DNA from: Nitrospirota bacterium
Lineage (GTDB): Bacteria > Nitrospirota > UBA9217
DNA: 64,000 bases
NCBI GenBank assembly: GCA_963737155.1
Contig: CAVTRN010000001.1
Coordinates: 512,001 to 576,000 of the forward strand
Reading direction: 5' to 3'
Position 1 is the first letter of the stretch; every line of letters starts with the position of its first letter. The notes beneath the pieces were generated by a model. That model searched no databases. It saw only the letters and a list, made by a program, of their open reading frames with translations, and was not told the origin of the DNA. Of this stretch, positions 1 through 9,667 are shown one piece after another. The position numbers and the translations under genes were made by a program.

Positions 1-104
1 TTGTTCCAACAAAGGCGACTCCCCGCATTCAGGAGACGCACATTACACTCGGCCACACGATTTGCCAGCTCGTGGATGAGGAACTCTTCGGCGGAGCCAG
101 TTAA
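1..104 (+). CDS. gmhA: Phosphoheptose isomerase, 3' end (partial)
   Basis: Frame 3 reads VPTKATPRIQETHITLGHTICQLVDEELFGGAS*, the TPRIQExH motif of the GmhA C-terminus; the stop abuts the next ATG. Confidence 0.85.
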   Translation, partial: VPTKATPRIQETHITLGHTICQLVDEELFGGAS

Positions 105-1034
105 ATGAAGAATATCGACGTCTCAAAAATAAAATCATACTCCCTCAAGAGCCGCTCAAGCAAAGTCCGCATCAACGATTTCTCCAAGCCCCACAAAAAA
201 GGGGGAACCTTCCGCGACTTTCTTTCCTCCCTTCCCGGCATTCTCGCTTCACAGCAGTTCAAGGATGTCGCGACCGCCGTTATCCAGGCGCGAAAGGACA
301 AACGGCCGGTCATGCTTGGCATGGGCGCCCATGCTATCAAGGTCGGCCTGTCGCCCCTCATAATCGATCTTATGGAACGCGGCATCATCACAAGTCTTTC
401 GCTGAACGGCGCGGGGATCATTCACGATTTCGAGCTTGCCTTCGTGGGCCAGACTTCCGAAGATGTGGACCGGGAGATCCTTTCCGGAGCATTCGGCATG
501 GCTGATGAAACCGGCAGCATGCTTAACCAGGCGATAAAAGACGCTCATGTTGATGAAGGAATCGGTTCGGCCGTCGGCAGGATGATTCAGTCCAATGAAT
601 TTCCGTACAAGGATAAAAGCCTCCTTGCGGCCGGCTACCGCCTCGGTGTCCCGGTAACTGTTCATGTGGCAATCGGCACCGACATCATCCATATGCATCC
701 ATCTTTCGACGGCAGGGCGACAGGTGCGGCAACACACCGGGATTTTATCACGTTTTGTTCACTCGTTTCGGAGCTGGAGGGTGGCGTGTACATAAATCTG
801 GGATCCGCGGTCCTACTACCCGAAATCTTTCTTAAAGCCGTGACCCTTGCCAGAAACCTCGGATTCACGCTCCAGAACTTTACAACCGTCAATATGGATT
901 TTGTTCAGCACTACCGTCCGAACACGAATGTCGTTCGTCGTCCCACGCAGAGCGGCGGCAAAGGGTTCTCTATCACCGGCCACCACGAAATTATGTTCCC
1001 TCTCCTCGCAGCCGCCATTATTGAAAATTTCTGA
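105..1034 (+). CDS. Deoxyhypusine-synthase-like (DHS-like fold) conserved protein
   Basis: 309 aa; GAHAIKVGL, NGAGIIHDFE, HVAIGTDIIH, GSAVLLPEIFLK and GHHE motifs. Confidence 0.7.
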   Translation: MKNIDVSKIKSYSLKSRSSKVRINDFSKPHKKGGTFRDFLSSLPGILASQQFKDVATAVIQARKDKRPVMLGMGAHAIKVGLSPLIIDLMERGIITSLSLNGAGIIHDFELAFVGQTSEDVDREILSGAFGMADETGSMLNQAIKDAHVDEGIGSAVGRMIQSNEFPYKDKSLLAAGYRLGVPVTVHVAIGTDIIHMHPSFDGRATGAATHRDFITFCSLVSELEGGVYINLGSAVLLPEIFLKAVTLARNLGFTLQNFTTVNMDFVQHYRPNTNVVRRPTQSGGKGFSITGHHEIMFPLLAAAIIENF

Positions 1035-1368
1035 TATGACTCGATCATGTTTTCTAAGCTTGCCCTCTTCCTTCCATCGCGTTTTTCCGTAAAACATGTT
1101 TAAAATCATCAAGGTTATACTGATCCTAAATTCTGCAGTTGGAATTCGGGTAGTCTTTAAAAAAAGCAGAACATTATAGCAAGTTATGGCAACTGCGGGC
1201 AGTTAAATTTCTCATCCAATAAATTAACGAAAAAATTGAAGCATTTTATTGATTTTGTATGAAACCATCGTGTCAACTGTCATTTTTTTAATAATATATT
1301 AGAGGGGATTTTGTAAATTTCGAAGTTTTCATGTGACGCTGAAATCTCTGTGAAAAAGACGTTTTTGG

Positions 1369-3009
1369 CTAACCATCCCTCGCCAGCCGGGTCAGTTTCG
1401 CATTGAAGGCAGCCTTGATTTTAGCAATATAAGGGTTTTTGTAAGCGAAGATCTCGTCTTTTTCGTCATGGACCAGCATAGTCGCGTTGGTCTCAAACAC
1501 TACGATCTCACCACAGCAGTCGAGCGCGCAGTCAATGCCGCTATAGTCGAGCCCTGTCGCGTTAGACACGGCACGTAGCGCGGCCTGGTGTTGCTCATCG
1601 AACACCAGGTGCGGGTCCTTGAGGAAAGACTCCTCCTCCTGGCGCATCCAAGCCTGATTGGCCATATCTGTCCGGAAATGGTGCACTTTCCAGTCATCAT
1701 GAATGGCAAGGTGGTAAGGCAGTAGCTCTTCATCAATGCTGATCAGCCGGTATTTGCGGAAGAAACCATCGGCCGAGCGGTAGTCAACGTACTCCGTCAC
1801 GTAGTAATTGGCTTCAGGATGTCTGGAGACGAAATCTGCGATGCCACTAAAGTCGGTGAACTTTTCAAAGTCATCACCTCCGTGGTAACCAGCGACGCGA
1901 ATTAAAAGCGGCAGGTTGAAATCATCAAGGATTTTGTTCTTCGCGGCCTTAGTAAGCACAGGGCCGGTAAACCGCCTGGTTTTTGGGACACGGCATAAGG
2001 GAATGCCGGCGATACGTCTTGAGACAGTCTCGCGGTCAGTGTTCATGATCAGACCGGGATGGTTGATAGCAGGCCTGCCAAGGCGATTCACAAGATCCTG
2101 AGCGAATGGCAGTATGTCCCTGCATTTGTCCGCATCGGAAATCATGTTGACAACAACATCGGCTTTTGCTCGCAAAATATCAAGATTCTGTGGCGCACCC
2201 GGTAACACGCAATAGAAATGGCAGTCATAGTTTGCTTTACGAATCAGATTGTTAACCGGGGTCAATCCGGAACCAGGAGCATATAGCAGCACTACCGAAA
2301 AATCGGCTTTCTCCTTTCTTGCGTGCCAGGTAATCAGCGCACCTAATTCCTGAGCGCGGCGGAACATGGACATGGATTTGATGACCTGGCCCTTGCGCAG
2401 TAGAATGTTCCCCAATATTGTGTAGGCATTCACGTTGAAACCACCTGGGTTGATGGCGAGCGAGCGCTCCAGAAATTCTATTGCCTCGTCATCCTTTCCG
2501 CCAATGCGATCCAGCAAACTGCCCATGCAAAGCAAAGCGAAGTCGGAGTTGGGATTGATTCCCAGCGATTGCTTGAGATTTGCAGCAGCCTCGGCGAACC
2601 GACCCAAATCGACAAGCAGTGAGCCCAGATTATTGTACGCTCTAACAAATGTGGGATTCAACTTTACTGCACGGCGATAATTGATTTCGGCCTCTTCTTC
2701 CCGGCCAAGCTTGTACAAAACGTACCCAAGGTCGTTGTGCACATCAGCATCATCCGGTGAAAGTTTAGCTACTCGGGAAAGTGCATTTATAGCTTGTGTC
2801 CACTTGCCCAAATTCAAAAGTGCCTTGCCCAAGGCTCTCCAACCCATGACTTGTTCAGGATGGCGTGTCGCCACGGTGCGGGCCTTAATCGCCAACCGGT
2901 CCCATTGCCCAGCATTAGAGAGCAACACCATATCATTGATCATCGTGGCAGGCAATGCCGTACTACCTCTTTTGGCCTGAGGGACGACGGATCTGGATTT
3001 ATTATGCAT
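1369..3009 (-). CDS. TPR-repeat protein with C-terminal ATP-grasp (RimK/GshB-like) ligase domain
   Basis: N-terminal TPRs (HNDLGYVL, YNNLGSLL); C-terminal GLDYSGIDC...VVFETNATM ATP-grasp ExN motif; AAGGA RBS upstream. Confidence 0.8.
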   Translation of the reverse strand: MHNKSRSVVPQAKRGSTALPATMINDMVLLSNAGQWDRLAIKARTVATRHPEQVMGWRALGKALLNLGKWTQAINALSRVAKLSPDDADVHNDLGYVLYKLGREEEAEINYRRAVKLNPTFVRAYNNLGSLLVDLGRFAEAAANLKQSLGINPNSDFALLCMGSLLDRIGGKDDEAIEFLERSLAINPGGFNVNAYTILGNILLRKGQVIKSMSMFRRAQELGALITWHARKEKADFSVVLLYAPGSGLTPVNNLIRKANYDCHFYCVLPGAPQNLDILRAKADVVVNMISDADKCRDILPFAQDLVNRLGRPAINHPGLIMNTDRETVSRRIAGIPLCRVPKTRRFTGPVLTKAAKNKILDDFNLPLLIRVAGYHGGDDFEKFTDFSGIADFVSRHPEANYYVTEYVDYRSADGFFRKYRLISIDEELLPYHLAIHDDWKVHHFRTDMANQAWMRQEEESFLKDPHLVFDEQHQAALRAVSNATGLDYSGIDCALDCCGEIVVFETNATMLVHDEKDEIFAYKNPYIAKIKAAFNAKLTRLARDG

Positions 3010-3109
3010 GGGGCATGTCCTTGTAGTCTAAGGGTCTGCGCTCAATTAACCTGAACAATTAAGGACCTTTTGGATGTACAGTTTAGTTCCAAATCGCCGT
3101 GAAACTCGC

Positions 3110-3375
3110 AAGCTTGAGATATGAGAGAATTTAGTCAGCTTTTGGTTGTTTTGGCGTTTTATTATTCTTTTTCGGTTCAGCTTCGTTTTGATGCGAAGCC
3201 CCGCGTTAGATGCTGTATTACCGATAAATTTAACAATTGTATCGTGACTGACCATAGGTTGCCTACGCTAATTTTGCATATTAAAGGAAAACATACGATG
3301 CTCGATCTAATTCCGTTTGCTCTTCCCGGCGGCAAATGGCATACGTTGATAGGCAGGCCGTTGTCGCTGGGGAGC
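3110..3375 (-). mobile_element. Degenerate ISAzo13-family transposase remnant
   Basis: INVCHLPPG, then a frameshift to SKRN*IEHRMFSFNMQN*RRQPMVSHDTIVKFIGNT, resembling the family motif PPGTSKWNKIEHRLFS..NWRGKPL; contains stops and a frameshift; boundaries approximate. Confidence 0.75.
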
Positions 3376-3467
3376 ACCGTCGCAATCAAGCCCAAGCAAC
3401 AATGGCCTGGAAGTTTAATTGACAAGATACCGATTACCAGAAGCTGTCTAGCCACTATGTTTCATGT

Positions 3468-4625
3468 TTAATATGTTGCAATACTGGAATGACGACACTT
3501 AAAATCGGCCATAAAGTCAACCAGGTTCTCAACCGCAGGAAGCGTCACCGCGTTGTAAATGGAAACCCGAACGCCACCGATGGTGCGATGGCCAGAAAGA
3601 CCACAAAAACCCGCAGCGAGTGCCTCCGTAAGGAATCGTTTTTCCATTTCCGGGGTAGATAGATTGAACGACACATTCATCCTTGAGCGGTCTCGGGGTT
3701 CGGCCCTACTGCAATAAAAGCCGTCGCTTCCATCCATAAAGCGATATATGAGTTCAGCTTTGCCCCGGTTTATCTGGGCCATGCGCGTCAAACCGCCAAT
3801 TTCGTTGATCAGCCAGCGCGTAACCAGTAAAACGACGTAGATTGCAAAAACAGGTGGAGTGTTGAAATTTGAATGAGCTTCGATGTGGCTGCGGTAATCC
3901 AAGAAAGCAGGGAGATTGGTAGGAGCATCCCTAAGCAACTCATTGTGTATTAGCACGACAGTTACTCCTGCTGGACCTATGTTTTTCTGGGCATGGGCAT
4001 AGATCAGGGAAAACCGCTCGGCTTCACAGGGCACGGACAGAAAATCAGAGGACATGTCACAGATGCGGGGAACATCGTCTCGGCCCAGGACTCGATGAAA
4101 CTGGAGTCCCTCGACAGTTTCATTGGAAACATAGTGGAAGTAAGGCGCATCGGGTGCGAAAGAAAGTTCATCGTCGCTGGGCAGGCTCCGGAACCCTCCA
4201 GTCTCGCCGCTCCAGACAATACGAATTGGACCTTCGTGCCTTGCTTCACGAACGGCCTTGCCGCTCCAATAGCCTGTGTGCAAGTAATCGGCCGGGCAAG
4301 TTTTCACTCGCAGCAGGTTCATCGGCACCATCGAGAATTGTTGCGTTGCCCCGCCTTGCAGCAACAATACGTGATAGTCTTCGGACAGCCCCAACAACTT
4401 GCGGATATTGTTTTCCAACTCAGTGACAACTGCGGCAAACCAGTCGGAACGATGACTTATACAAAGAATCGACAGGCCGACTTCGGGTACCGCAATGATG
4501 GATTCTTGAACCTCCAGCAATACACTCTCTGGCAAAGCGCTTGGCCCACCCGAAAAATTTAAATTGTTATGAATATTCATATGCCGGAGAGGCTCTTTCC
4601 ACGTTGAAGCAATATCACGTTCCAT
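3468..4625 (-). CDS. serC: Phosphoserine aminotransferase (SerC-family, divergent paralogue)
   Basis: NFSGGP, SHRS, SNET, DMSSD, AHAQKNIGPAG (PLP lysine), NTPP and GHR motifs. Confidence 0.9.
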   Translation of the reverse strand: MERDIASTWKEPLRHMNIHNNLNFSGGPSALPESVLLEVQESIIAVPEVGLSILCISHRSDWFAAVVTELENNIRKLLGLSEDYHVLLLQGGATQQFSMVPMNLLRVKTCPADYLHTGYWSGKAVREARHEGPIRIVWSGETGGFRSLPSDDELSFAPDAPYFHYVSNETVEGLQFHRVLGRDDVPRICDMSSDFLSVPCEAERFSLIYAHAQKNIGPAGVTVVLIHNELLRDAPTNLPAFLDYRSHIEAHSNFNTPPVFAIYVVLLVTRWLINEIGGLTRMAQINRGKAELIYRFMDGSDGFYCSRAEPRDRSRMNVSFNLSTPEMEKRFLTEALAAGFCGLSGHRTIGGVRVSIYNAVTLPAVENLVDFMADFKCRHSSIATY

Positions 4626-4873
4626 ACTCCTGTTATATTGTTTGAGGTTTCCTGAGCCATGTTGATAGGTAGGTGGTATTCCTTCCTATTTTTGCCAGTT
4701 TCTTTGCGCACATCCTGTTGTGCTCGGTGTCAAGTGCATAACCCGCTTTTACTATTAGCCAGAGCAACAAAATTGAATTTTTCCCTTAGGCTAGAAACAT
4801 ATTCGTTTTCTCCAACCACGCTCACGTCATCATAGATCCTTTTTAGGATGGGCAGTAACTGTTTGATTATCGA

Positions 4874-4889
4874 TGCAATGAGTGTGCCT
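4874..4889 (-). promoter_or_regulatory. sigma54 promoter of serC
   Basis: Minus strand AGGCAC-ACTCA-TTGCA (GG-N10-GC); IHF-like TTTCAA-TATG-TTA at 4908-4920; enhancer-like GTCA-N6-AGGC at 4955-4968. Confidence 0.6.
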
Positions 4890-5541
4890 AAAGCAAAATA
4901 ATCGTCTTTTCAATATGTTAGGTGAATAATAATATAATTAAACCTGAATCAGGCGTCAAAAAAAAGGCAAGTATCTACCGAGCGATGATTGCTAAGTTAA
5001 GCAAACAAATGAAGACTTATAAAAAGTTTTAAAAAACACTTGTTTAAAAGCGGATCGGCCTGTGCAGGGTGAGAAATTAAACTGATCCATAGTTACCAAA
5101 ACTTGCGTTAATATGTTGCTTTTAAAAGACTAATTCTATTTTCAATTGCTGGACTTAGGTTAAAAGATTTTAATTTAGCAACAGGGATGGGGGAGAGATT
5201 TTGGTATTTCCCTCGGTACTCTTTAAACTTGAACCACGTACGGCCGTTACATTCCACCCCGACGCCAGGGCGTCTCAGATTCGGTATATTTAAGATGCCC
5301 GGGCTTACCCACTTTTCATCATTATTAAATATTTCGCAAAACCGTATTTTTCGTGTATAGTATTTAAAGTTTTATTCAACAGGGCTTGTATCAAATACGA
5401 TGACTAGCTTCTATCGCATGTACTTTGTCGGCAGAAATAATAATTTCCAGGGATTAGTATCGCTCATCGCTGTCAGACATTTCCCTGCGCTCATTCCGCT
5501 CATAAGCCGCATGCGCAACCTTTAAAAATACGGAATTTTCG

Positions 5542-5871
5542 ATGCAAAACATCCCAATTTCACTGGCGACTTCTGGAATGATACTCGCCAAGCAAATACA
5601 AAGTTCAGATGATCCAGCGAGCATGACCATTTGCGGCAAGGGAGTCACCTTGACGGAATCGATGATTGCGCATCTGCAGCGGATGGGAATCCAGTCAGTT
5701 ACCGTCGAAGGCCATCCGATAAACGTTGAGGGTGAAGCGACGCTGGAGCAAATGCTGGCCGCACTCGAATCACGGTTTCGCCACGTAGAGGGCGACCCGC
5801 TGATGATGAGGGTGAAGGAAATTTACCGTAAGCAAATCCTTCGATCCATGGGGGAGCCAGGTGGAAGATAG
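5542..5871 (+). CDS. Small conserved protein in an operon with HDOD/GGDEF genes
   Basis: 109 aa; GMILAK...GKGVTLTESMIAHL..MGIQSVTVEG resembles the N-terminal module of HD-GYP/HDOD proteins; overlaps the next start. Confidence 0.65.
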   Translation: MQNIPISLATSGMILAKQIQSSDDPASMTICGKGVTLTESMIAHLQRMGIQSVTVEGHPINVEGEATLEQMLAALESRFRHVEGDPLMMRVKEIYRKQILRSMGEPGGR

Positions 5872-6724
5872 ACGCGCGGAAATACGGAATTTAATCCGTG
5901 ATACCAAGTCCCTGCCCACGCTTCCCGGAATCATAGCAAGGCTCGGGTCCCTGGCCGACAACGACAAAGTTTCCTCCCAGGAAGTGGCACGGGTGGTTTC
6001 TGCTGATCAGGTGCTGTCGGCAAAGGTCCTTAGGCTGGTGAACTCCGCTTTCTACGGTTTTCCGGGCCGCGTATCAACCGTTTCGAACGCCCTCATCCTC
6101 CTCGGCGTAAACGTCGTAAAGAGTCTTGCCATCACGAGTTCCATCTTTGAGATCATGGAAAAAAATGCCGTAGGACTCTGGGAGCACTCCATGGGCGTGG
6201 CAGTTGCGGCCAACACCATCTCGAAGACCTTGAAACTTCCTGATGCGGAAGAAACCGCAACCGCGGCACTGCTTCACGATATCGGGAAGGTCATCATCAA
6301 GATCAAACTACAGCAGGACTTCAGCCTGCTATCGGCACTGGTGGACGACAAAGGATATACAATGCAGGAGGCGGAGCAGAGCCTGCTTGAAACGGATCAC
6401 GCGGAAATCGGTGGATGGCTTGTGCGGTCATGGCTCCTGCCGGAGAAACTCATTGAGCCAATAGCTTTCCATCACAATGTGGAGAAGTCTTCGGCCCACC
6501 AGACGAAAACGGCAGTCGTTCATCTTGCCGATGTTCTCATAAAAGCCTCCGGTTTCGGTTTCAGCGGAGATCGGCTCGTCCCGCGGATCCAACCCGTTGC
6601 ATGGAACAGGCTCGGCATGACCGATGCGCTCCTCGAAACAATCATCACGGAAGTCGAGGACAAGCTCGTTGAGGTCAAAAATTTCAGCCTTGAGATACAG
6701 TCGACCGATGAAGCCAAAAAATAG
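5861..6724 (+). CDS. HDOD domain protein
   Basis: LPTLP, DQVLSAKVLRLVNSAFYG, LWEHS, LLHDIGK, DHAEIG and AFHH motifs. Confidence 0.9.
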   Translation: MEDRRAEIRNLIRDTKSLPTLPGIIARLGSLADNDKVSSQEVARVVSADQVLSAKVLRLVNSAFYGFPGRVSTVSNALILLGVNVVKSLAITSSIFEIMEKNAVGLWEHSMGVAVAANTISKTLKLPDAEETATAALLHDIGKVIIKIKLQQDFSLLSALVDDKGYTMQEAEQSLLETDHAEIGGWLVRSWLLPEKLIEPIAFHHNVEKSSAHQTKTAVVHLADVLIKASGFGFSGDRLVPRIQPVAWNRLGMTDALLETIITEVEDKLVEVKNFSLEIQSTDEAKK

Positions 6725-7631
6725 AATTGCGCTGCTCTCGCGGGACCGCGACCTACACTATCACCTCGAAATCCGCCTCGAAAGCAAAGGCTGCCAAATC
6801 ATAACACTGCCCGATCCGTCCCAGGTGCTCGGATTTGTCTACGCTGATCCACCGGACGTCATCATCATCGATCTTTCAGTCCCTGATCCCGCATTTCACC
6901 AGATCCTGGACGAACTGAAACAGGACAATTACTTCAGTGTTATTCCCGTGATCGGCATCATCCGGGAAGCCTCAATCGAGACAATGGATTGGAAAAAGCA
7001 CCCGTTCGACGACTTTGTTTCATACCCGGTCGGGTATCCCGAGCTTTTCAGCCGCATCGTCCTTTCTCTCCAGCGGATTGAACGGATTTTCGACAACAAC
7101 CCTCTCAGCAAGCTTCCCGGCAATACCTCCATCCATCACGCTATCGAACGGTCGCTCGGGAAGGACCTGGCAGTATGCTACGTCGACATCAATAATTTCA
7201 AGCCTTACAACGACACCTATGGATTTTCCCGAGGAGATGAAGTGATCCGCATGGTGGCCCGCATCATGTCCAACACGGTCAGGGAGTCGAAACAGAGCGG
7301 CTTTGTGGGTCACATCGGTGGCGATGATTTCGTCTTCATCGTACCGCTCGACCAGGCAGAGACAGTCTGTAAGATGATAATATCAAACTTCAAGGTTATC
7401 GAGTCCGACCTATTCGGCGAGGAGGACAAAGCCAAGGGCTACTATGTAGCGAAGGACCGCAAAGGTCAGGAGCAAAGGTTTCCACTCTTGGGCATTTCGA
7501 TCGCCGTGGTGCCGGTAAATAATCTGAACGTGCAGCATGCAGGCAAAGTTGCCGAGATAGCCGTAGAGTTAAAAAAAGCAGCAAAGAAATCCCCTGAAAG
7601 CTGTTATGTCGTGGATCGGCGAAAAGGGTAG
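6708..7631 (+). CDS. Receiver-GGDEF diguanylate cyclase
   Basis: PDVIIID receiver; NPLSKLPGN, DINNFKPYNDTYGFSRGD and HIGGDDF motifs; start taken at ATG 6708. Confidence 0.85.
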   Translation: MKPKNRIALLSRDRDLHYHLEIRLESKGCQIITLPDPSQVLGFVYADPPDVIIIDLSVPDPAFHQILDELKQDNYFSVIPVIGIIREASIETMDWKKHPFDDFVSYPVGYPELFSRIVLSLQRIERIFDNNPLSKLPGNTSIHHAIERSLGKDLAVCYVDINNFKPYNDTYGFSRGDEVIRMVARIMSNTVRESKQSGFVGHIGGDDFVFIVPLDQAETVCKMIISNFKVIESDLFGEEDKAKGYYVAKDRKGQEQRFPLLGISIAVVPVNNLNVQHAGKVAEIAVELKKAAKKSPESCYVVDRRKG

Positions 7632-7818
7632 GAATGGCGCCTTTTCCCCTTTTCACTATGTCACGTCAAGCTAAGCTCGTCCCATGCTGATCCTTCCAAG
7701 CTTCGGTTGTAAAAAAAATACGCTATAATTGAATTATTCAGGCATTATCGGAGGGGGCGGAAGAACAAGCTTAATTTTCGGCTCTCAGGATTTGTCCGGT
7801 ACGTCAAGCGGTGAGTAT

Positions 7819-8049
7819 ATGCCGAAGGAAGATATTATAGAGGTACAGGGGAAGGTTATAGAAGCACTTCCTAACGCCATGTTCAGGGTCGAAGTAGAAG
7901 GCGGCCATATCATTCTGGCGCATCTGGCGGGAAAGCTCCGCATCCACTACATCAAGATCCTGCCCGGTGACAAAGTTACCGTGGAGCTCTCTCCTTACGA
8001 TCTGACGCGGGGAAGAATTACTTTCCGGTTGAAATATCAGGCTGCATAG
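7819..8049 (+). CDS. infA: Translation initiation factor IF-1
   Basis: [24 protein letters not shown]...[21 protein letters not shown]. Confidence 0.95.
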   Translation: MPKEDIIEVQGKVIEALPNAMFRVEVEGGHIILAHLAGKLRIHYIKILPGDKVTVELSPYDLTRGRITFRLKYQAA

Positions 8050-8450
8050 AACAACACTGTGCAACCGACTTGCCATACGCATTGGCGAACGGTATTCTCG
8101 TCCCGTACCCGTCCCCTCCCGTCTGCGTATTTCCCATTATTTTTACCGAGAACATTCCGTGGTAGTCGCCAAAGACGCAGAACTGGCAAATTTGGGTTTA
8201 CGAGGTGGCCTCCATCTGGCCAGAAGGTGCAATTTGGTTTTAAAGCTGGAGGCATTGCCTGTTCAGTCGTCCCTGCAGTCAAACGGGCAGGCAGAAACGT
8301 CGCCGGGGTCCATATCAGGGCCACAGGCAGTTTTGATATTGCAACGCAAGGCAGTAAGAAGCCACGTGTGCTATCGGCATCGCAATATGATTCACAAAAA
8401 GGGTGGGCATGCATATGAAGAGATCCGTCTCAAAAAACAAGAAGGAGGGC

Positions 8451-8494
8451 GCGCCGAAGATACCACTGGCTTTAGCCCGGGGTATCTTCGGCGC
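8451..8494. repeat. Palindrome with perfect 14-bp arms and a GGCTTTAGCC core (IS200/IS605-end or REP-like)
   Basis: GCGCCGAAGATACC (8451-8464) and GGTATCTTCGGCGC (8481-8494). Confidence 0.75.
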
Positions 8495-8499
8495 ATACG

Positions 8500-9411
8500 A
8501 TGATGATATTGAGTCGAGGAACGCTTTTTAAGCGTATTATCAGCGCCACAAGCCATGCGATCTCGACAGGATCCCTATTGCCCATACCGACGAACTATAC
8601 TTTTATCGAGGATGGCGGTATACGCTTCTATATTCGGGTTCTGGCGAGCCTGTCGCGCAAGGATGAGGCCCGGATAAAACAGGAGCATCAGGCGGGTGCC
8701 GGCAAGGCTGTCAATCCATTCCTTCCTCCTGAAAAGAATCTGACGGTGGCGGATATTTCGGAAACTCACCTCGCGATTTTGAACAAATTCAATGTTATGG
8801 AACACCACCTCTTGATCGTCACAAGGCATTTCGAAAATCAGAACATGCTCTTGACACTCTCCGATTTCGAGGCGCTCTGGGCCTGCATGGCGGAATACGA
8901 TGCACTCGGGTTCTACAACGGAGGACGTGAGGCGGGCGCCAGCCAGCAGCATAAGCATCTGCAGCTTGTGCCCTTACCCCTTGCTCCGGAAGGTCCTTTG
9001 GTTCCCGTTGGGCCCCTCCTTGCTGAGGCGCCCGGAGAAGGCATGGGAACGGTACCGGGATTCCCCTTTCTCCATGTCTTTGTGCGGCTGGTTCAAAACC
9101 TCGTTGAATCGCCGCTCGATGCCGCAAGGACGACTTTCTACCTCTACGGTGAAATGCTGCGGAATGCCGGCCTAGCCTCACCGCAAGGTTCGGGCCTCAC
9201 GCTCCAGTCGGCGCCGTACTGTTTTCTGCTAACGCGTGACTGGATGCTTCTTGTCCCCCGGTCAAAAGAATTTTTTGACGGTATCTCGCTCAACTCCCTG
9301 GCTTTTGCCGGATCCTTCTTCGTGCGTGATTACCAGCAGCTGAACCGCTTGAAAAACTTCGGTCCCATGAAAGCACTGAAAAGCGTGGCATTCATGAACA
9401 GGCCTGATTGA
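8500..9411 (+). CDS. apa2: Ap4A phosphorylase II / ATP adenylyltransferase (HIT superfamily)
   Basis: NPFLP, LNKFNV..HHLLIVT, FYNGG..AGASQQHKHLQ and SLNSLAFAG motifs. Confidence 0.88.
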   Translation: MMILSRGTLFKRIISATSHAISTGSLLPIPTNYTFIEDGGIRFYIRVLASLSRKDEARIKQEHQAGAGKAVNPFLPPEKNLTVADISETHLAILNKFNVMEHHLLIVTRHFENQNMLLTLSDFEALWACMAEYDALGFYNGGREAGASQQHKHLQLVPLPLAPEGPLVPVGPLLAEAPGEGMGTVPGFPFLHVFVRLVQNLVESPLDAARTTFYLYGEMLRNAGLASPQGSGLTLQSAPYCFLLTRDWMLLVPRSKEFFDGISLNSLAFAGSFFVRDYQQLNRLKNFGPMKALKSVAFMNRPD

Positions 9412-9521
9412 TTATTTGCCGATGTGTGATAGCGTCAGGAGAGATCCAGCATCAATGCTCTCCCGAAAAACATGGAGAGGACAACGTAATGGACGCGAAG
9501 GAAGCCGGATGGCCTTCTTCC

Positions 9522-9605
9522 GACATCATTCGTATTTGTCCGGAATCGTTTCTTTTAGCAGTATTTTGACGAAGGAGATTGATTCCCGACAAGCTGGAAC
9601 GACAC
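9522..9605. repeat. Degenerate intergenic GTCATTCC...GGAATC / GATTCC...GGAATGAC palindromic repeat
   Basis: catcattcgtatttgtccggaatc...gattcccgacaagctggaacgac; related copies near 13630-13728, 44360, 51040-51140 and 55690. Confidence 0.55.
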
Positions 9606-9667
9606 CTTCTTATGGATTTCTAAAATAGAAGGCAAAAGCTCTATGACGGTGAATCCTCACAAGACTG

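Noticed and set aside
5170-5320. Possible 6S RNA or riboswitch (CTTGAACC, GACGCC/GGCGTC hairpin)
   Set aside because: No long closing stem or recognisable aptamer consensus could be built by eye
8037-8503. Three overlapping ORFs between infA and apa2
   Set aside because: No motifs or convincing RBS; likely non-coding or decayed sequence
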